In this document: in pieces, positions 1 to 9,409 of the stretch
Numbering within the stretch: the stretch's first letter is position 1
Layout: each line of letters begins with the position of its first letter
From: a virus
Direction: 5' to 3' (one strand)
Length of the DNA: 64,000 nucleotides
Virus record (IMG/VR): IMGVR_UViG_3300031753_000002
Span: 1 to 64,000 of that record
The notes under the pieces: generated by a model
What the model was told of the DNA's origin: nothing
Database searches by the model: none
The model's input: only the letters and a program-made list of their open reading frames with translations
Made by a program: the position numbers and the translations under genes

Positions 1-471
1 ATGGCCTTTGTGGCGCCCGCGATGTGGATGATGCTCGATCGCACGCCGCCGTATATCCGCGTATCCGGCTCGATCACACCGACCGAAGCTTCGCCGGGCG
101 AAACAGTCTCGGCTCATTGGACGATTCGTCCTATCCGGATTTGCGTTCCTCATGGCTACAAAAATACCGTGACTCGCTCGATCGTCGATAGTAAGGGTAT
201 CGTGCACCACTATGACCCGACTCCGATTACTGAGAGTGTCCAGCAAAACAGTCCGTCGATTGAAACGACGTTCCAACTACCGGCGTCGTTGCCGCCGGGG
301 CCTGCCCGCTACCATAGCGAGGCATGCTACGCCTGCAATCCGATTCAGGAATTCATGCCCGTATGCGTGACGGAGCCGGATATCACCTTTACGATCATGC
401 CCGCGCCGGTCGGCGAGGTCCCGCCCGACGTTCCGATCGTGACGGCACCTGTCACAGTGCTTCCGCCATGA
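1..471 (+). CDS. Hypothetical membrane-anchored protein (possibly 5'-truncated by the window edge; probably end of the late region)
   Basis: 156-aa ORF with a hydrophobic N-terminus, then a beta-rich domain with Cys pairs; converges on the minus-strand arm. Confidence 0.55.
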   Translation: MAFVAPAMWMMLDRTPPYIRVSGSITPTEASPGETVSAHWTIRPIRICVPHGYKNTVTRSIVDSKGIVHHYDPTPITESVQQNSPSIETTFQLPASLPPGPARYHSEACYACNPIQEFMPVCVTEPDITFTIMPAPVGEVPPDVPIVTAPVTVLPP

Positions 472-685
472 CGCAGCGATCCCACATCCGGTGAAAGCGC
501 TCTGGCGCAGGATCAATGCCCGCAAGCGGTTTTCCGTGTCGCATGCTCTCTTTGAGTTCCGCCTTAAGAGCTACCTCAAGGCGTGATATCAACGTGTCCA
601 CATCGGCAGCTTGCGCCCCGATATCGTGCTCAAGACATTGTGCAACCCAAAGACCGCCTTCCTGGAATACAATCACGCGAATCAT
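452..685 (-). CDS. HicB-like (partial RNase H fold) protein
   Basis: IRVIVFQEGGLWVAQCLEHDIGAQAADVDTL matches the HicB-like N-terminal pattern; ATGA overlap with the upstream gene. Confidence 0.6.
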   Translation of the reverse strand: MIRVIVFQEGGLWVAQCLEHDIGAQAADVDTLISRLEVALKAELKESMRHGKPLAGIDPAPERFHRMWDRCVMAEAL

Positions 686-1932
686 TTCGCACCCCTTGTA
701 ACGTCAAGGATGGCTTCTCGCGCCCGGCCAGTCTCGCCGTAGTCGCGATGATAAGTGATCGTTTGCATTGAGCGGCCGGATAGATAACCGGACCCCCAAT
801 GCCACGCGTCGAGCGGGATGGGTGCTTGATGGGACTCACAGATGACGCCCCCGCCTTCGGTCGCGAGCATTTCCTTGTGGTGAATATGGAAGCCGTGAAC
901 GTAGCGAAATTTGGTCAAACCCCAATCCTCCGCGCGGCGGTGCGCCATTATTTGCGGCATCTGCGACAGCTTCACCGTATGGCCGTGCGTAGCCCCCAGC
1001 AAAACCTGCCCGAAGCGATGCCACCAAAACAAGGACGCGTCCAAGTCCACCGTCACGCGCGGCTCGTTGCGATACCACGCCGCGAGAAAGTGCCCGATCG
1101 CGACGCTTGAGTATTCGTCGTGATTGCCTTGGAGGACTCGCACGATGACTTGTTCGTGGTGCTGTAGGGCGGTGTCGATCGTGAGGACCTTAAGCCGTTG
1201 GGCGGCTTCGACGCCCTTCATGAAGCGGCCGTCGCAGTCGAGCACGTTGCCTGACTTAGCGGTGCGTCCGGTGTTGTCGTCATTGTGCATCAAGTCGCCG
1301 CCGCCGAGAACCACGGCGAGCTTGGCCGGCTTCGTGCGGAGAATAACCTCCGTAATCGCCGCACCAATGACTCGCTCGGCGATCTTCACATCCCAATTCT
1401 CGCCGACCTCGCGTTCCCATGCCATCATGTTTATATGCCAATCATTGCACGGAATGAGATTGAGAAGGTCGGCTTCCGACTTGGCCGGCGCGAGGATCGG
1501 CGCTGCGTGCCCGTCGAATCGTTTGAACGCCCTCTTGAAAAGCTTCTCCCAATCGACCGGATTCTGCGTGTCTTTGCGAGTGAGGACCCATTCCTGCTTC
1601 ACTTTGCCGTCTTCGTCGAGCAAAGCCGAGACACCCCTGACCATAAGCCCTTTCGGGACTTTGAATTGCTTCGACGGCTCGGGCTGTGTCTTGATGAAAT
1701 CACCCTTGGGGCCATTGCTGATGCTTTTGATTTGGAAACCGGGAAGGACCGGGGGCTTGAAGCCGAACAGGCCGCGCTGGGATGCTGTCTTCAAACGCCG
1801 CTGAATCTCACCATGCGACATACCGGTCGCTTCTTCCATTTTTCGGCCGGACCCGTGCGCCTTGTATTGCTCGACAGTGGCTTGGAGTTCTTCATCGGAC
1901 AGTTGCTCGATTCGCTTGCTCACTTTCAGCAT
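682..1932 (-). CDS. Calcineurin-like metallophosphoesterase with N-terminal HTH
   Basis: Motifs DWH, GGDLMH, GNHD, THGH, FHIHH in the expected order. Confidence 0.8.
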   Translation of the reverse strand: MLKVSKRIEQLSDEELQATVEQYKAHGSGRKMEEATGMSHGEIQRRLKTASQRGLFGFKPPVLPGFQIKSISNGPKGDFIKTQPEPSKQFKVPKGLMVRGVSALLDEDGKVKQEWVLTRKDTQNPVDWEKLFKRAFKRFDGHAAPILAPAKSEADLLNLIPCNDWHINMMAWEREVGENWDVKIAERVIGAAITEVILRTKPAKLAVVLGGGDLMHNDDNTGRTAKSGNVLDCDGRFMKGVEAAQRLKVLTIDTALQHHEQVIVRVLQGNHDEYSSVAIGHFLAAWYRNEPRVTVDLDASLFWWHRFGQVLLGATHGHTVKLSQMPQIMAHRRAEDWGLTKFRYVHGFHIHHKEMLATEGGGVICESHQAPIPLDAWHWGSGYLSGRSMQTITYHRDYGETGRAREAILDVTRGAK

Positions 1933-2213
1933 GGTGTTCTCCCTCGCGGATAAGAATCAGGATTTGGCGTTTTCCGTGGACGCGTAGGGAGGCGAGTGCC
2001 GTCTCGGCTCAGCGCATAGGCGATCTTCTTAAGTTCTTTGATGGTCATCCGGCATTGATTTCCCTTGTGTGGGCCACCATACGTGATGGTGCGGCGAATA
2101 AGTTTGCGGCGAATACTTTCGTAACTGGAACCAACCTCGCGCCCGTCGTCGCCGATGCGCTCGACCCGCAACAGTAGCTCAATGGCATAGGCGCGGATCG
2201 TCTTGTGACGCAT
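1926..2213 (-). CDS. Hypothetical protein
   Basis: Tightly packed in the operon; start MRHK placed just after the upstream stop. Confidence 0.5.
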   Translation of the reverse strand: MRHKTIRAYAIELLLRVERIGDDGREVGSSYESIRRKLIRRTITYGGPHKGNQCRMTIKELKKIAYALSRDGTRLPTRPRKTPNPDSYPRGRTPC

Positions 2214-2214
2214 G

Positions 2215-2637
2215 CTACCATCCTTGAGCCGCGCGCAATAGAATCTCATACGGGGAAGCGGCTGGGTCGTTGACGGCCAGAAGGGCAAGCATGTCTTCAG
2301 TATCCGTGATTAGCTCGTAATGTATGCCGGGAATCAAGTACAGCTTGGCCTTGTAGCTTTCACCGACTTGTATCAGAACCCATCCGGTTTTGCAACCGGC
2401 GTTGGCGCGACGTGTCTGCCATTCGGCTTGCTTCTCGCGCTTCGCCGGGCGGATCGGCGTGGTAGGCCGCATCGGGCGCTTGCAGGACTTTAGCTCAATC
2501 CAGATTTGCGCGCTCGCGACGAAACCCTCCACATCGGGGGTCCCCTCGCCGGCTGTATTTTCCAGCCGATTCAATTCGAGGTCATGATCCTTTTTCACTC
2601 TGGCGAGGCGCCCCCAAAGAGATTTCTCTTTAGCCAT
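2215..2637 (-). CDS. VRR-NUC / Holliday junction resolvase-like PD-(D/E)XK nuclease
   Basis: RLEN..GEGTPDV...WIELK...Q.EW motif set. Confidence 0.75.
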   Translation of the reverse strand: MAKEKSLWGRLARVKKDHDLELNRLENTAGEGTPDVEGFVASAQIWIELKSCKRPMRPTTPIRPAKREKQAEWQTRRANAGCKTGWVLIQVGESYKAKLYLIPGIHYELITDTEDMLALLAVNDPAASPYEILLRAAQGW

Positions 2638-3133
2638 CGAAATTCTCCGGGAGTGGGGTCCGCGGCGGCTCGCGCCGGATCACGCGCACTCGCGACGGTT
2701 CTTTTGGAGTGGTGGTCGGGGCGAGCATGCCGGACGGCACCGGGTAGGCTGCAACGAGCGCGTATAACGCGCCGCGATAATAGTCGTCCCATTGCTCGCC
2801 GGGAAGCGCGTCATCCGGCACGACCTCGCGGAGCACATTGCGCACTGCCATGCCGACGCCGAAATGGAAGCGAAGGTCTGTGCTCCCGATACGGACGCCT
2901 CGCGCAGCTTGATCCTGCCATTCGGCGCGAGCGGTGTTGGGTACCTTCACGCGAAGATAGGCGATACACCGCTCTTGCTGATCCTGAGTGAGCCGGGCAA
3001 AGTTCTTGCGCTGCCATTCGTCATCGGCGTCTTGCTGATGTTCGGGCTCATACCAGTTCGGGCAGAATGCGCGCATCGCGCGCTTTTCTAATTGGCACTC
3101 GCACGCCTCGCCGTCGCTTCGCTTGCACGTCAT
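2630..3133 (-). CDS. Hypothetical protein
   Basis: ATGA-coupled ORF with a Cys-rich N-terminus and an FHFGVGMAVRN motif. Confidence 0.55.
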   Translation of the reverse strand: MTCKRSDGEACECQLEKRAMRAFCPNWYEPEHQQDADDEWQRKNFARLTQDQQERCIAYLRVKVPNTARAEWQDQAARGVRIGSTDLRFHFGVGMAVRNVLREVVPDDALPGEQWDDYYRGALYALVAAYPVPSGMLAPTTTPKEPSRVRVIRREPPRTPLPENFDG

Positions 3134-3564
3134 TTCGGTTCTCCACGCGCACGGGCCGCTTCGATTTCCAACTGCAACGCGGCGAGGATGCGCCACGCCG
3201 CCTTCGCCATGTGTCGGCAACCGTCATCATCCATCTTGCCCCGTTCGATGATGTGGCGCCCTGCTTCGTCGATATTGTTGCCGCCCTTGCCGCGCGCCCA
3301 ATGTAGCGGTTCGCCGGTATTGTGCTTTTCATTGCCGACATGCGAGACCTCTGCAACGGCAATCAACGCGTCGGGGAAATAGTCGAGCAAGCCGGTGACG
3401 ATAGGGATGCGTTTCCGGGCGACGGAATCGGTCGGCATTGTCGCGCCGCCGCCCCACTGTTGCGTGTCCTGTTCGTCCGTCGTCTTGACGCCGACTTGAT
3501 ACGGTTCACACAACGATACGGAAGGCGCCGGGCAAGTCGTGACGGGGCGGCTGGGATTTGACAT
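3130..3564 (-). CDS. dATP/dGTP diphosphohydrolase domain protein (DUF5664-like)
   Basis: FPDALIAVAEVSHVGNEKH...HWARG...RH...HMAKAAWRILA; start uncertain. Confidence 0.7.
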   Translation of the reverse strand: MSNPSRPVTTCPAPSVSLCEPYQVGVKTTDEQDTQQWGGGATMPTDSVARKRIPIVTGLLDYFPDALIAVAEVSHVGNEKHNTGEPLHWARGKGGNNIDEAGRHIIERGKMDDDGCRHMAKAAWRILAALQLEIEAARARGEPK

Positions 3565-3711
3565 GTGTGATCCTATGATAGTGCTGGCAAATTCCAGGGG
3601 TCGGCGGTTCGGGAAGGTGTAGGCAATGGCAGCGCGAGCCGAGCGCGCACAACCATTTGGTCGGGCGCGCGGCCTCAATTACTGCGTCGAAGATTTCCTC
3701 AGGGGCGCTCA

Positions 3712-3927
3712 TTACAGCCCCGTCTTGCGGATCATCGCCAACAAGCCGTCCGCGAATCCCAGCGCAAAGCTCGCAATTTCATCCGGCACGTCGGAAGCTT
3801 GCATCGCTGCGTCGGCATCCGCTTGGATTTTCTCGGCGCGGACATACACATCGCGAAAGCTGGCATTTTGCGTGAATGCGATGCGGCCTTCATTGTACCT
3901 CGCGTCGATAATTCGGAATTCTGACAT
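3712..3927 (-). CDS. Hypothetical protein
   Basis: GGAGG RBS upstream of a 71-aa ORF. Confidence 0.55.
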   Translation of the reverse strand: MSEFRIIDARYNEGRIAFTQNASFRDVYVRAEKIQADADAAMQASDVPDEIASFALGFADGLLAMIRKTGL

Positions 3928-4074
3928 GGGGACCTCCCGCTAGGAAGAAAACAAGGAACATCACGGCGGAGGCGATAGCGCTACGGGTCACAATCCAGAA
4001 CAAGAAACTCGGGGCCAGTGCGGCTAACAGCCTATTCATGACGTTCTCCTACGGGGGTCCGTAATAAAAGTCAA

Positions 4075-4102
4075 CCCCGGCGGGGGCGAAATCCCGCCGG
4101 GG
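4075..4102 (-). terminator. GC-rich hairpin downstream of DUF932, probable terminator
   Basis: CCCCGGCGGG / CCCGCCGGGG 10-bp inverted repeat, with a T run a few nt after it on the minus strand. Confidence 0.55.
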
Positions 4103-4129
4103 TCTCCATAATCGGGTCACCACTCCCGA

Positions 4130-5227
4130 TTACGCCGAAAGGCTAGGACGGAAGGGCTGCTTCAAGATCGCCCCTACGTCGGCAGTGGCGGCGGTCTTCG
4201 CGGCCACGGCTTTGAGCAAGGCACCATCGGTCAAGTCGTCCAGGAAGCTGACCGCGGTCGCCTTCATAACAGAGCCGGAACCAAACTGAGCGGACAAGAA
4301 GCGCTTTTCGTCTGCCCCGTCCGGGCCTTTGCTGTGGTCAACGTAGCGGGTCACTGCATTGAGCGCGGCCCAAGCGGTGCCCGGTTCGGTCCCTTCCCGA
4401 ACGGTTGCAGCGTATGCCTTGCCAAGGTCTTCGAATTGGTTCATCTTTCGACTGGAAATGTCAGTGCGCGGAGCATCGAACGGGATATCCAAGCACGTCT
4501 TGAACAGCCGAGAGATTTGATCCTTGGTCAAATGGGTCTGCACCATCGCGTCGCCCATGTTCTTGTACGCGGTGAAGCCCTTCACGATGGTCGCCAACTC
4601 ACGCCCGACCGCATACTTGTCAAACTTGGTGTTGTGCCGGGTCCGAACCTCGCAGCCCTTCTCGGCGAGCGCGCTGTCGAGCGTGTTGCTGCAGACAACG
4701 CGGGTCGCAACGGCCTTGTTGATCGTGGCGCCGGAACCGTCGAAGGTCGTGGTTGCGAGCAAGTGCGCCTTGTGCTTGTCGCCGCCGACAATCAGTTCAT
4801 CCCGATAGCGCAACGTGATGAAGATGATTTCACCCTGCTTAAGGCAGCCGGCCGTGTCGATTTCGAAGCGGTCGTCAACGGAGGCGTATTGGTCGGCCCA
4901 TTCAAGAAGCTGGACCGGCTGATGCGGCTGGTAGATTTTGGAGACCGACCGCGGAGCGAGGATGTGGCCATTGTCGCCGCGGACGATGAAACGGGTTCCA
5001 TCAACCGCAACCATGCCGAGATTGAGCGCGGCCAATTCCGGGTGACTAAAGTCGGCGAAGGCAGAGACTTTGATCGCGTGCCAGTCGAGACCAGCATCGT
5101 GCGCCCAAGAGGCGATGCTCTGGCCGGACTTCTTCTCTTGCCCGAAATGATGCCACCAATTCTTGCGAGACCCGAGGGCTGCGAAGCTGTGGCGACCGTC
5201 TGCGGTCGTACCGATGTTGTGTGCCAT
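4130..5227 (-). CDS. DUF932 family (phage/plasmid TIGR03299-like) protein
   Basis: MAHNI...WHHFG...AGLDW...TTFDGS...RVVCSNT...RH...GTAWAALNAVTRYVDH; AAGGA RBS. Confidence 0.85.
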   Translation of the reverse strand: MAHNIGTTADGRHSFAALGSRKNWWHHFGQEKKSGQSIASWAHDAGLDWHAIKVSAFADFSHPELAALNLGMVAVDGTRFIVRGDNGHILAPRSVSKIYQPHQPVQLLEWADQYASVDDRFEIDTAGCLKQGEIIFITLRYRDELIVGGDKHKAHLLATTTFDGSGATINKAVATRVVCSNTLDSALAEKGCEVRTRHNTKFDKYAVGRELATIVKGFTAYKNMGDAMVQTHLTKDQISRLFKTCLDIPFDAPRTDISSRKMNQFEDLGKAYAATVREGTEPGTAWAALNAVTRYVDHSKGPDGADEKRFLSAQFGSGSVMKATAVSFLDDLTDGALLKAVAAKTAATADVGAILKQPFRPSLSA

Positions 5228-5314
5228 GTTCTGTCCTTTCAATTCGCCGCTATCGGCGACGCCCCCTACATGGCATGGGCGGCGGCCGGGTGCAAATCCA
5301 TTCTGCGGTCTTGG

Positions 5315-5605
5315 TTAAGGAAGGATTGGCTCATAATTGAGCCATGGCCCCGGTCGCCTGGGCTTGAAGCCCGGCGGCAGCTTCGGGAGGCTGGCGGCAG
5401 TGAGGACTCCGCCTGTAGCCGCTGTCTCAGGACCGGGCGCGACGAAGCTCGCCCACGGGCTTCCTACGGGCATCTGGCCGGTCAAAAAAGCCTCCATAAT
5501 CATCCTATCGAGGTCGCGCGTCATGTCGGCCGTGATCCGGGCAGCCGTCGCCTCGATCCGGCGCGGCTCGGGGTCTTCACCGGTCGGAACCTCGAATTGA
5601 ATCAC
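5315..5605 (-). CDS. Hypothetical protein
   Basis: GTG start overlapping the upstream TGA. Confidence 0.4.
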   Translation of the reverse strand: MIQFEVPTGEDPEPRRIEATAARITADMTRDLDRMIMEAFLTGQMPVGSPWASFVAPGPETAATGGVLTAASLPKLPPGFKPRRPGPWLNYEPILP

Positions 5606-6153
5606 CAATCCCAGCCGGTCATACCGCACAAGTTCACCCGGTTCATGCTCGGCGTGGCCCACCGCAAATTGCCCCGCCGGCAGTTCATCGCGTCGCTGTC
5701 CCGATGGTCTACCATCTTGTGCAACAGGGATGGCGGTTCGATTCCTGTCCGCTGCATCACCGCCACGTGCAACCAAATCGTTCGCTGCACCCGGCAAGCT
5801 CCGGTACGGTCGCTCCCGACACGCCTGAGATAGAAGCGCCGCCCACCGCGGGACCATTTGACTGACCATCGCCATCGGATTGCCCACTCGTAATCGATTT
5901 CATCAACAACCGCCCAAACCGAGGCGCGGTCATCCCCATAGATGCGCCGCTCGGGCGCTGTCAGTTCCCAGGTGCGCGGGTCGAAGGGATCGTCGGCAGT
6001 TTCATATGGGCCGGGCCTGTCGCCTGAGAAAGTCCTGGGCCTGGGCAGCGCGAGCGTGGGGTGAGTCGTCAACGATGTGCCAAAGCCGGGTGTAGAAGCT
6101 GCGACCGTCGTGAACGACGAAGACCTCGCTAAAAGGGCATTGCTTGCCATCAA
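5602..6153 (-). CDS. HNH homing endonuclease (HNH_3-like); true start probably downstream of 6153
   Basis: AVVDEIDYEW...LHVAVM...VDHRDSDAMNCRRGNLRWATPSMN. Confidence 0.75.
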   Translation of the reverse strand: MMASNALLARSSSFTTVAASTPGFGTSLTTHPTLALPRPRTFSGDRPGPYETADDPFDPRTWELTAPERRIYGDDRASVWAVVDEIDYEWAIRWRWSVKWSRGGRRFYLRRVGSDRTGACRVQRTIWLHVAVMQRTGIEPPSLLHKMVDHRDSDAMNCRRGNLRWATPSMNRVNLCGMTGWDW

Positions 6154-6190
6154 TCACGCGTTCCCGTTGCTCGATCCGTACCTCGGGCAT
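6002..6190 (-). CDS. Hypothetical protein
   Basis: 62-aa ORF in operon context. Confidence 0.4.
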   Translation of the reverse strand: MPEVRIEQRERVIDGKQCPFSEVFVVHDGRSFYTRLWHIVDDSPHARAAQAQDFLRRQARPI

Positions 6191-6464
6191 TGTCAGCCTT
6201 TCTTTGGGTCATATTGCGCGCCCGGTCGCCAGCCGACTCGACCGCGGTCCACATGGCTTTCTTGCCGGCGTCCCTCGGGAGATGGGTTGCGCACGCCGTC
6301 GCGCAAGTGCGCCCGCATGTCTTTTTGCAGGCCGTTGTCGTCATCTCGGTCACGTCTCGGATCATCTTTCATGTCGTCCTCCAAAAAGTCGCCGGGGGAC
6401 AACCACGGGAGGCTCCGCGCTGGTTCGCGATCCTCGGGCTACCAGCCCCCGGCGCCGGCTTGGG

Positions 6465-6719
6465 CTAATTCATCCCAAGCGCGTTCATGTACGTCTCGAC
6501 GATGGCTTGCTTCCGCAGGCGGATGATCGTACGCAGCGCCGCCACGTCGAAGCAGTTGCCTTTGGCTTCGGCGAAAATATCGCGAATGTCGTCCGCGATG
6601 CCCTTGCGTTCGCTGTCGAGCAACTCGATCCGCTCGACGAAGGCTTTCAATTGCCCTTTCGAAAATTCGGCGCTCTTGTCCACAACATTGTCTTTCTCAG
6701 CGGTTGCTGTCTTGCTCAT
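6465..6719 (-). CDS. gapR: GapR / DUF2312 nucleoid-associated protein, internally shortened
   Basis: GQLKAFVERIELLDSERKGIADDIRDIFAEAKGNCFDVAALRTIIRLRKQ is the DUF2312 signature. Confidence 0.85.
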   Translation of the reverse strand: MSKTATAEKDNVVDKSAEFSKGQLKAFVERIELLDSERKGIADDIRDIFAEAKGNCFDVAALRTIIRLRKQAIVETYMNALGMN

Positions 6720-6727
6720 GGGGGACC

Positions 6728-7306
6728 TCATGCCATGTGGAGTTCCATCTTCGCCCGAAGGCGCCGATCCATACGGTCGGCTCCGCCGTAGGGTGTCATG
6801 TCGAGAGTGCTCGGCACATGGCGTATCCGTTCGTCTTCGGCATGCTTGATTTGCGTTTGCATAAATCGGTTGTAGCTGTCAAGACCCGCTTGCCCAAATT
6901 CCAGCTTCACCGCGTATTCCTCCACTGCCGTTGCGACGCCGTGGCAGTGATAGTAGATTTGATCGTCCTTGGCTTTCATACGCAACAAGTGAAGCAGTAT
7001 AACAAGCGCATGGCCTTCGCTCTCTCGAATCGCATCAATCAAGGACTTTTCGACATGCTCATGTAGTTCGAGGAAACGGTTGCAAGTAATCGTGCGGGCG
7101 CGAAATGGCCATCCGGCGAGGTCACGATCAATAAAGATGATCGAACCGTCCTGACTGTAGCCGGCGAGGTAGGGTATATCCCAATCACTCGAATTCAGCG
7201 TATAGGAGCGTTTCATCATCTGCGCTACACTAGGCAGTGCGAGAATTATGTTAGCTTCGGCGATTGTGAATGGGTCTGGGTTATTCGATTTGTCTCCGGT
7301 GCTCAT
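6728..7306 (-). CDS. Hypothetical protein, possibly metal-binding (HExxE...H)
   Basis: DIPYLAGYS...IFIDR...LHEHVEKSL...HCHGVATAVE. Confidence 0.6.
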   Translation of the reverse strand: MSTGDKSNNPDPFTIAEANIILALPSVAQMMKRSYTLNSSDWDIPYLAGYSQDGSIIFIDRDLAGWPFRARTITCNRFLELHEHVEKSLIDAIRESEGHALVILLHLLRMKAKDDQIYYHCHGVATAVEEYAVKLEFGQAGLDSYNRFMQTQIKHAEDERIRHVPSTLDMTPYGGADRMDRRLRAKMELHMA

Positions 7307-7309
7307 GAT

Positions 7310-7680
7310 TTATTCTTCCCTACGGCCGATTGCGACCTGCTGCGTATCGATATTAAGACCCATGTTGTTCTTTTCTTGATTGCGTACAGAGAAACTCTCG
7401 TGGGGGCTTCGCCAGCACGCGGCGAAGCTCGGTTTCAAATAGTGCATCAGGGTCCTTATCGTTCGCCGCGCAGAACAGATAGATCGACATAAGGACTTGC
7501 CCAAGCTCGGTATCCATTGAACCTGTCGGCCGCGCATAGACGGCGTCAACAAGTTTGTGCATTGCGCAAACTCGGTCATTTCCTCGGCGGCGCGCAATGC
7601 ACGCACGGGTACGTTGAGCATGTGCACAATACCAAAGCACCACACCGCCCAATCGAGCGCGAGCCTATGAAGGATCGGAC
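7310..7680 (-). pseudogene. Frameshifted MazG-like (all-alpha NTP-PPase) gene
   Basis: RALRAAEEMTEFAQ in one frame continues as LVDAVYARPTGSMDTELGQVLMSI...ETELRRVL in another; 5' end uncertain. Confidence 0.5.
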
Positions 7681-7934
7681 CTTGGAAGGATTTCTTCAGG
7701 ATAACATTGGATTGCGAGCCATTTGCCCGGTCCTTCGAATGCAACCAAGGTATGAGCGTGAACAGGTTCATTGGTTTCATCTCCAAATACATCAAACAGA
7801 TTCATAACTGGAAGCAAGCGTCCTTCATAATCAAATAGCCATCGGTAATCAGGCGGACAATGCTGTGCGTAATTGCCGGGCGTCTCGACTTGGATAGTCA
7901 AGGTGCAACCTCCCGCGGACCGGTCATCATTCAT
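7665..7934 (-). CDS. Hypothetical protein
   Basis: ATGA-coupled ORF. Confidence 0.45.
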   Translation of the reverse strand: MNDDRSAGGCTLTIQVETPGNYAQHCPPDYRWLFDYEGRLLPVMNLFDVFGDETNEPVHAHTLVAFEGPGKWLAIQCYPEEILPRSDPS

Positions 7935-8122
7935 TTCGCGAATCCCTTTCGAAGCCGCCGTATTTTTCCCGAGATTACATTCTTTGAACACTCAAGTTGA
8001 ATAGCAATTTGCAAAAAACTGTATCCGGCTTGATGCAATGATTTCAACAAAACGAGTTTTTCCTGTGTCCATTCAACTCGGCGGTCATAGGGACTGTAAT
8101 GACGGAAATCATGCAGTCTCAT
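7931..8122 (-). CDS. gcrA: GcrA-like N-terminal HTH domain protein
   Basis: WTQEKLVLLKSLHQAGYSFLQIAIQLECSKNVISGKIRRL matches the GcrA N-terminus (WT.ER...L..LW..G.S..QIA..LG..RNAVIGK..RL). Confidence 0.7.
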   Translation of the reverse strand: MRLHDFRHYSPYDRRVEWTQEKLVLLKSLHQAGYSFLQIAIQLECSKNVISGKIRRLRKGFAK

Positions 8123-8206
8123 TCTTTCCTCCCTCGATCTGTTCTAGAAAGCGATCTTCATTCATCTTATCAGTTTGGATATTAGTTCGCAGCCATTTAC
8201 GCTTTT

Positions 8207-8413
8207 TCATCGGAGTGAAGCATCTCCATTGGTCGATTGAGAGCGGACCTTTTGCGCCGCCGCTAGGGCAGCCCAAGCTTCTAGCCGGCATCTCCCCTTT
8301 ACGCTCACATTCGCGTATATCCAATTTTGAGGATTCCACCATCGCCGTCTCCATCTGTAGATGGCCATTGCCGCTGCTTCTACCTCCAAAAACATCATCT
8401 CGTCTCGTGTCAC
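8207..8413 (-). CDS. Hypothetical protein
   Basis: 68-aa ORF overlapping the upstream stop. Confidence 0.4.
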   Translation of the reverse strand: MTRDEMMFLEVEAAAMAIYRWRRRWWNPQNWIYANVSVKGRCRLEAWAALAAAQKVRSQSTNGDASLR

Positions 8414-8709
8414 GGCACAAACGCCTTTCGCTGTCGTTTGTCATAGACCAGATTTTTCGGATCATGTCCAGTCATTCGTGCAAGTCGGTCCTTGGCGCGT
8501 CCGGCGCGCCCCATAGCCTCGCGTTCGCGGCCATGCGCTGTCAAGTGGCCTTGGGCATCAACCGAGCCCTGTTGCTGCAATATCTCGATCGCAAGTTGAT
8601 GTGCAGCAACCGGCGCATGACCCTTGGCGCGAAGCTGCCCCTCAAGGCTATCCACAAGTCCGTGCGTGAAGCGCCCATGGTCATCGCGGGGCTGATCGGG
8701 ATTTGCCAT
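8410..8709 (-). CDS. Small basic protein with N-terminal PRDDHGRFT motif
   Basis: MANPDQPRDDHGRFTHG; GAGG RBS. Confidence 0.65.
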   Translation of the reverse strand: MANPDQPRDDHGRFTHGLVDSLEGQLRAKGHAPVAAHQLAIEILQQQGSVDAQGHLTAHGREREAMGRAGRAKDRLARMTGHDPKNLVYDKRQRKAFVP

Positions 8710-8887
8710 CTAACCTCACTCCACCTTGACGCGGAAGAGATAACGCATCCTCAAGAGAAAGTCCAGCCCGGAGCCGTTCATAAACCGTCGAATACGGCAC
8801 GCCGCGTGCCCGTGTTATGCTTTGCAACGAGTCTGGATTTGGTTTGCGACCTGCAATCGGTCCGCGCTTCTTGTTCCATTCCATCAT
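8681..8887 (-). CDS. Stand-alone HTH DNA-binding module of the type found in homing endonucleases
   Basis: RARGVPYSTVYERLRAGLSLEDALS resembles the two HTH repeats of the adjacent endonuclease. Confidence 0.55.
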   Translation of the reverse strand: MMEWNKKRGPIAGRKPNPDSLQSITRARGVPYSTVYERLRAGLSLEDALSLPRQGGVRLDGKSRSAPR

Positions 8888-8896
8888 ACATCTCCA

Positions 8897-9409
8897 TCAT
8901 ACATCCGTTGCTAGGAGAAGATCGCGCAGACCGCGGCCGGACACCGAATCAGCGAGCGCAGCCTTGCCGTGCTTTAGCAGATAGGCTATGGCCTTTGCAA
9001 GCCTCTCGGGATCATCTCCAAATTGGCCTAAACCTAGGTTGCACTCCGGGCATAGCCAACCCCGGAATTTTCCGGTTGCGTGGTCATGATCCGCGTGAAG
9101 CCGCGCCACCGCCTGCCCGCAACATTCACATTGACCATTTTCAGAAAGCGCTTGATCTAAAGTCAATCCGTATCGATTGCGTCGCTTATAGATGGTCGTT
9201 CGGTGTACTCCCGCCGCATCACATCGTCTCGAAATCTCGCCTTGCACCCGCAAGGGAATTGCGATGGCTTCGGCTACGGAAAGCCCTCGGTCAGTAATTC
9301 GTCGCCAAATCGTTTTTGGGTTGAACCCGGCGGCAATCGCCGCAGCGTGATACCCGCGCGTTCGCGGATCACCACAAAATCGGCCGTTTGCATCGCGTTT
9401 CTTAAACAT
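8897..9409 (-). mobile_element. Endonuclease VII-family homing endonuclease, C-terminally fused to a copy of the helicase C-terminus
   Basis: CECC...HADHDHATGKFRGWLCPECNLGLG...DD...L.KAIAYL; two HTH repeats; last 19 aa identical to the helicase end. Confidence 0.85.

Noticed and set aside
4334-5833. 499-aa plus-strand ORF
   Set aside because: Antisense shadow of the DUF932 and HNH genes; no motifs.
8038-9297. 419-aa plus-strand ORF
   Set aside because: Antisense to several credible minus-strand genes; no recognisable domain.
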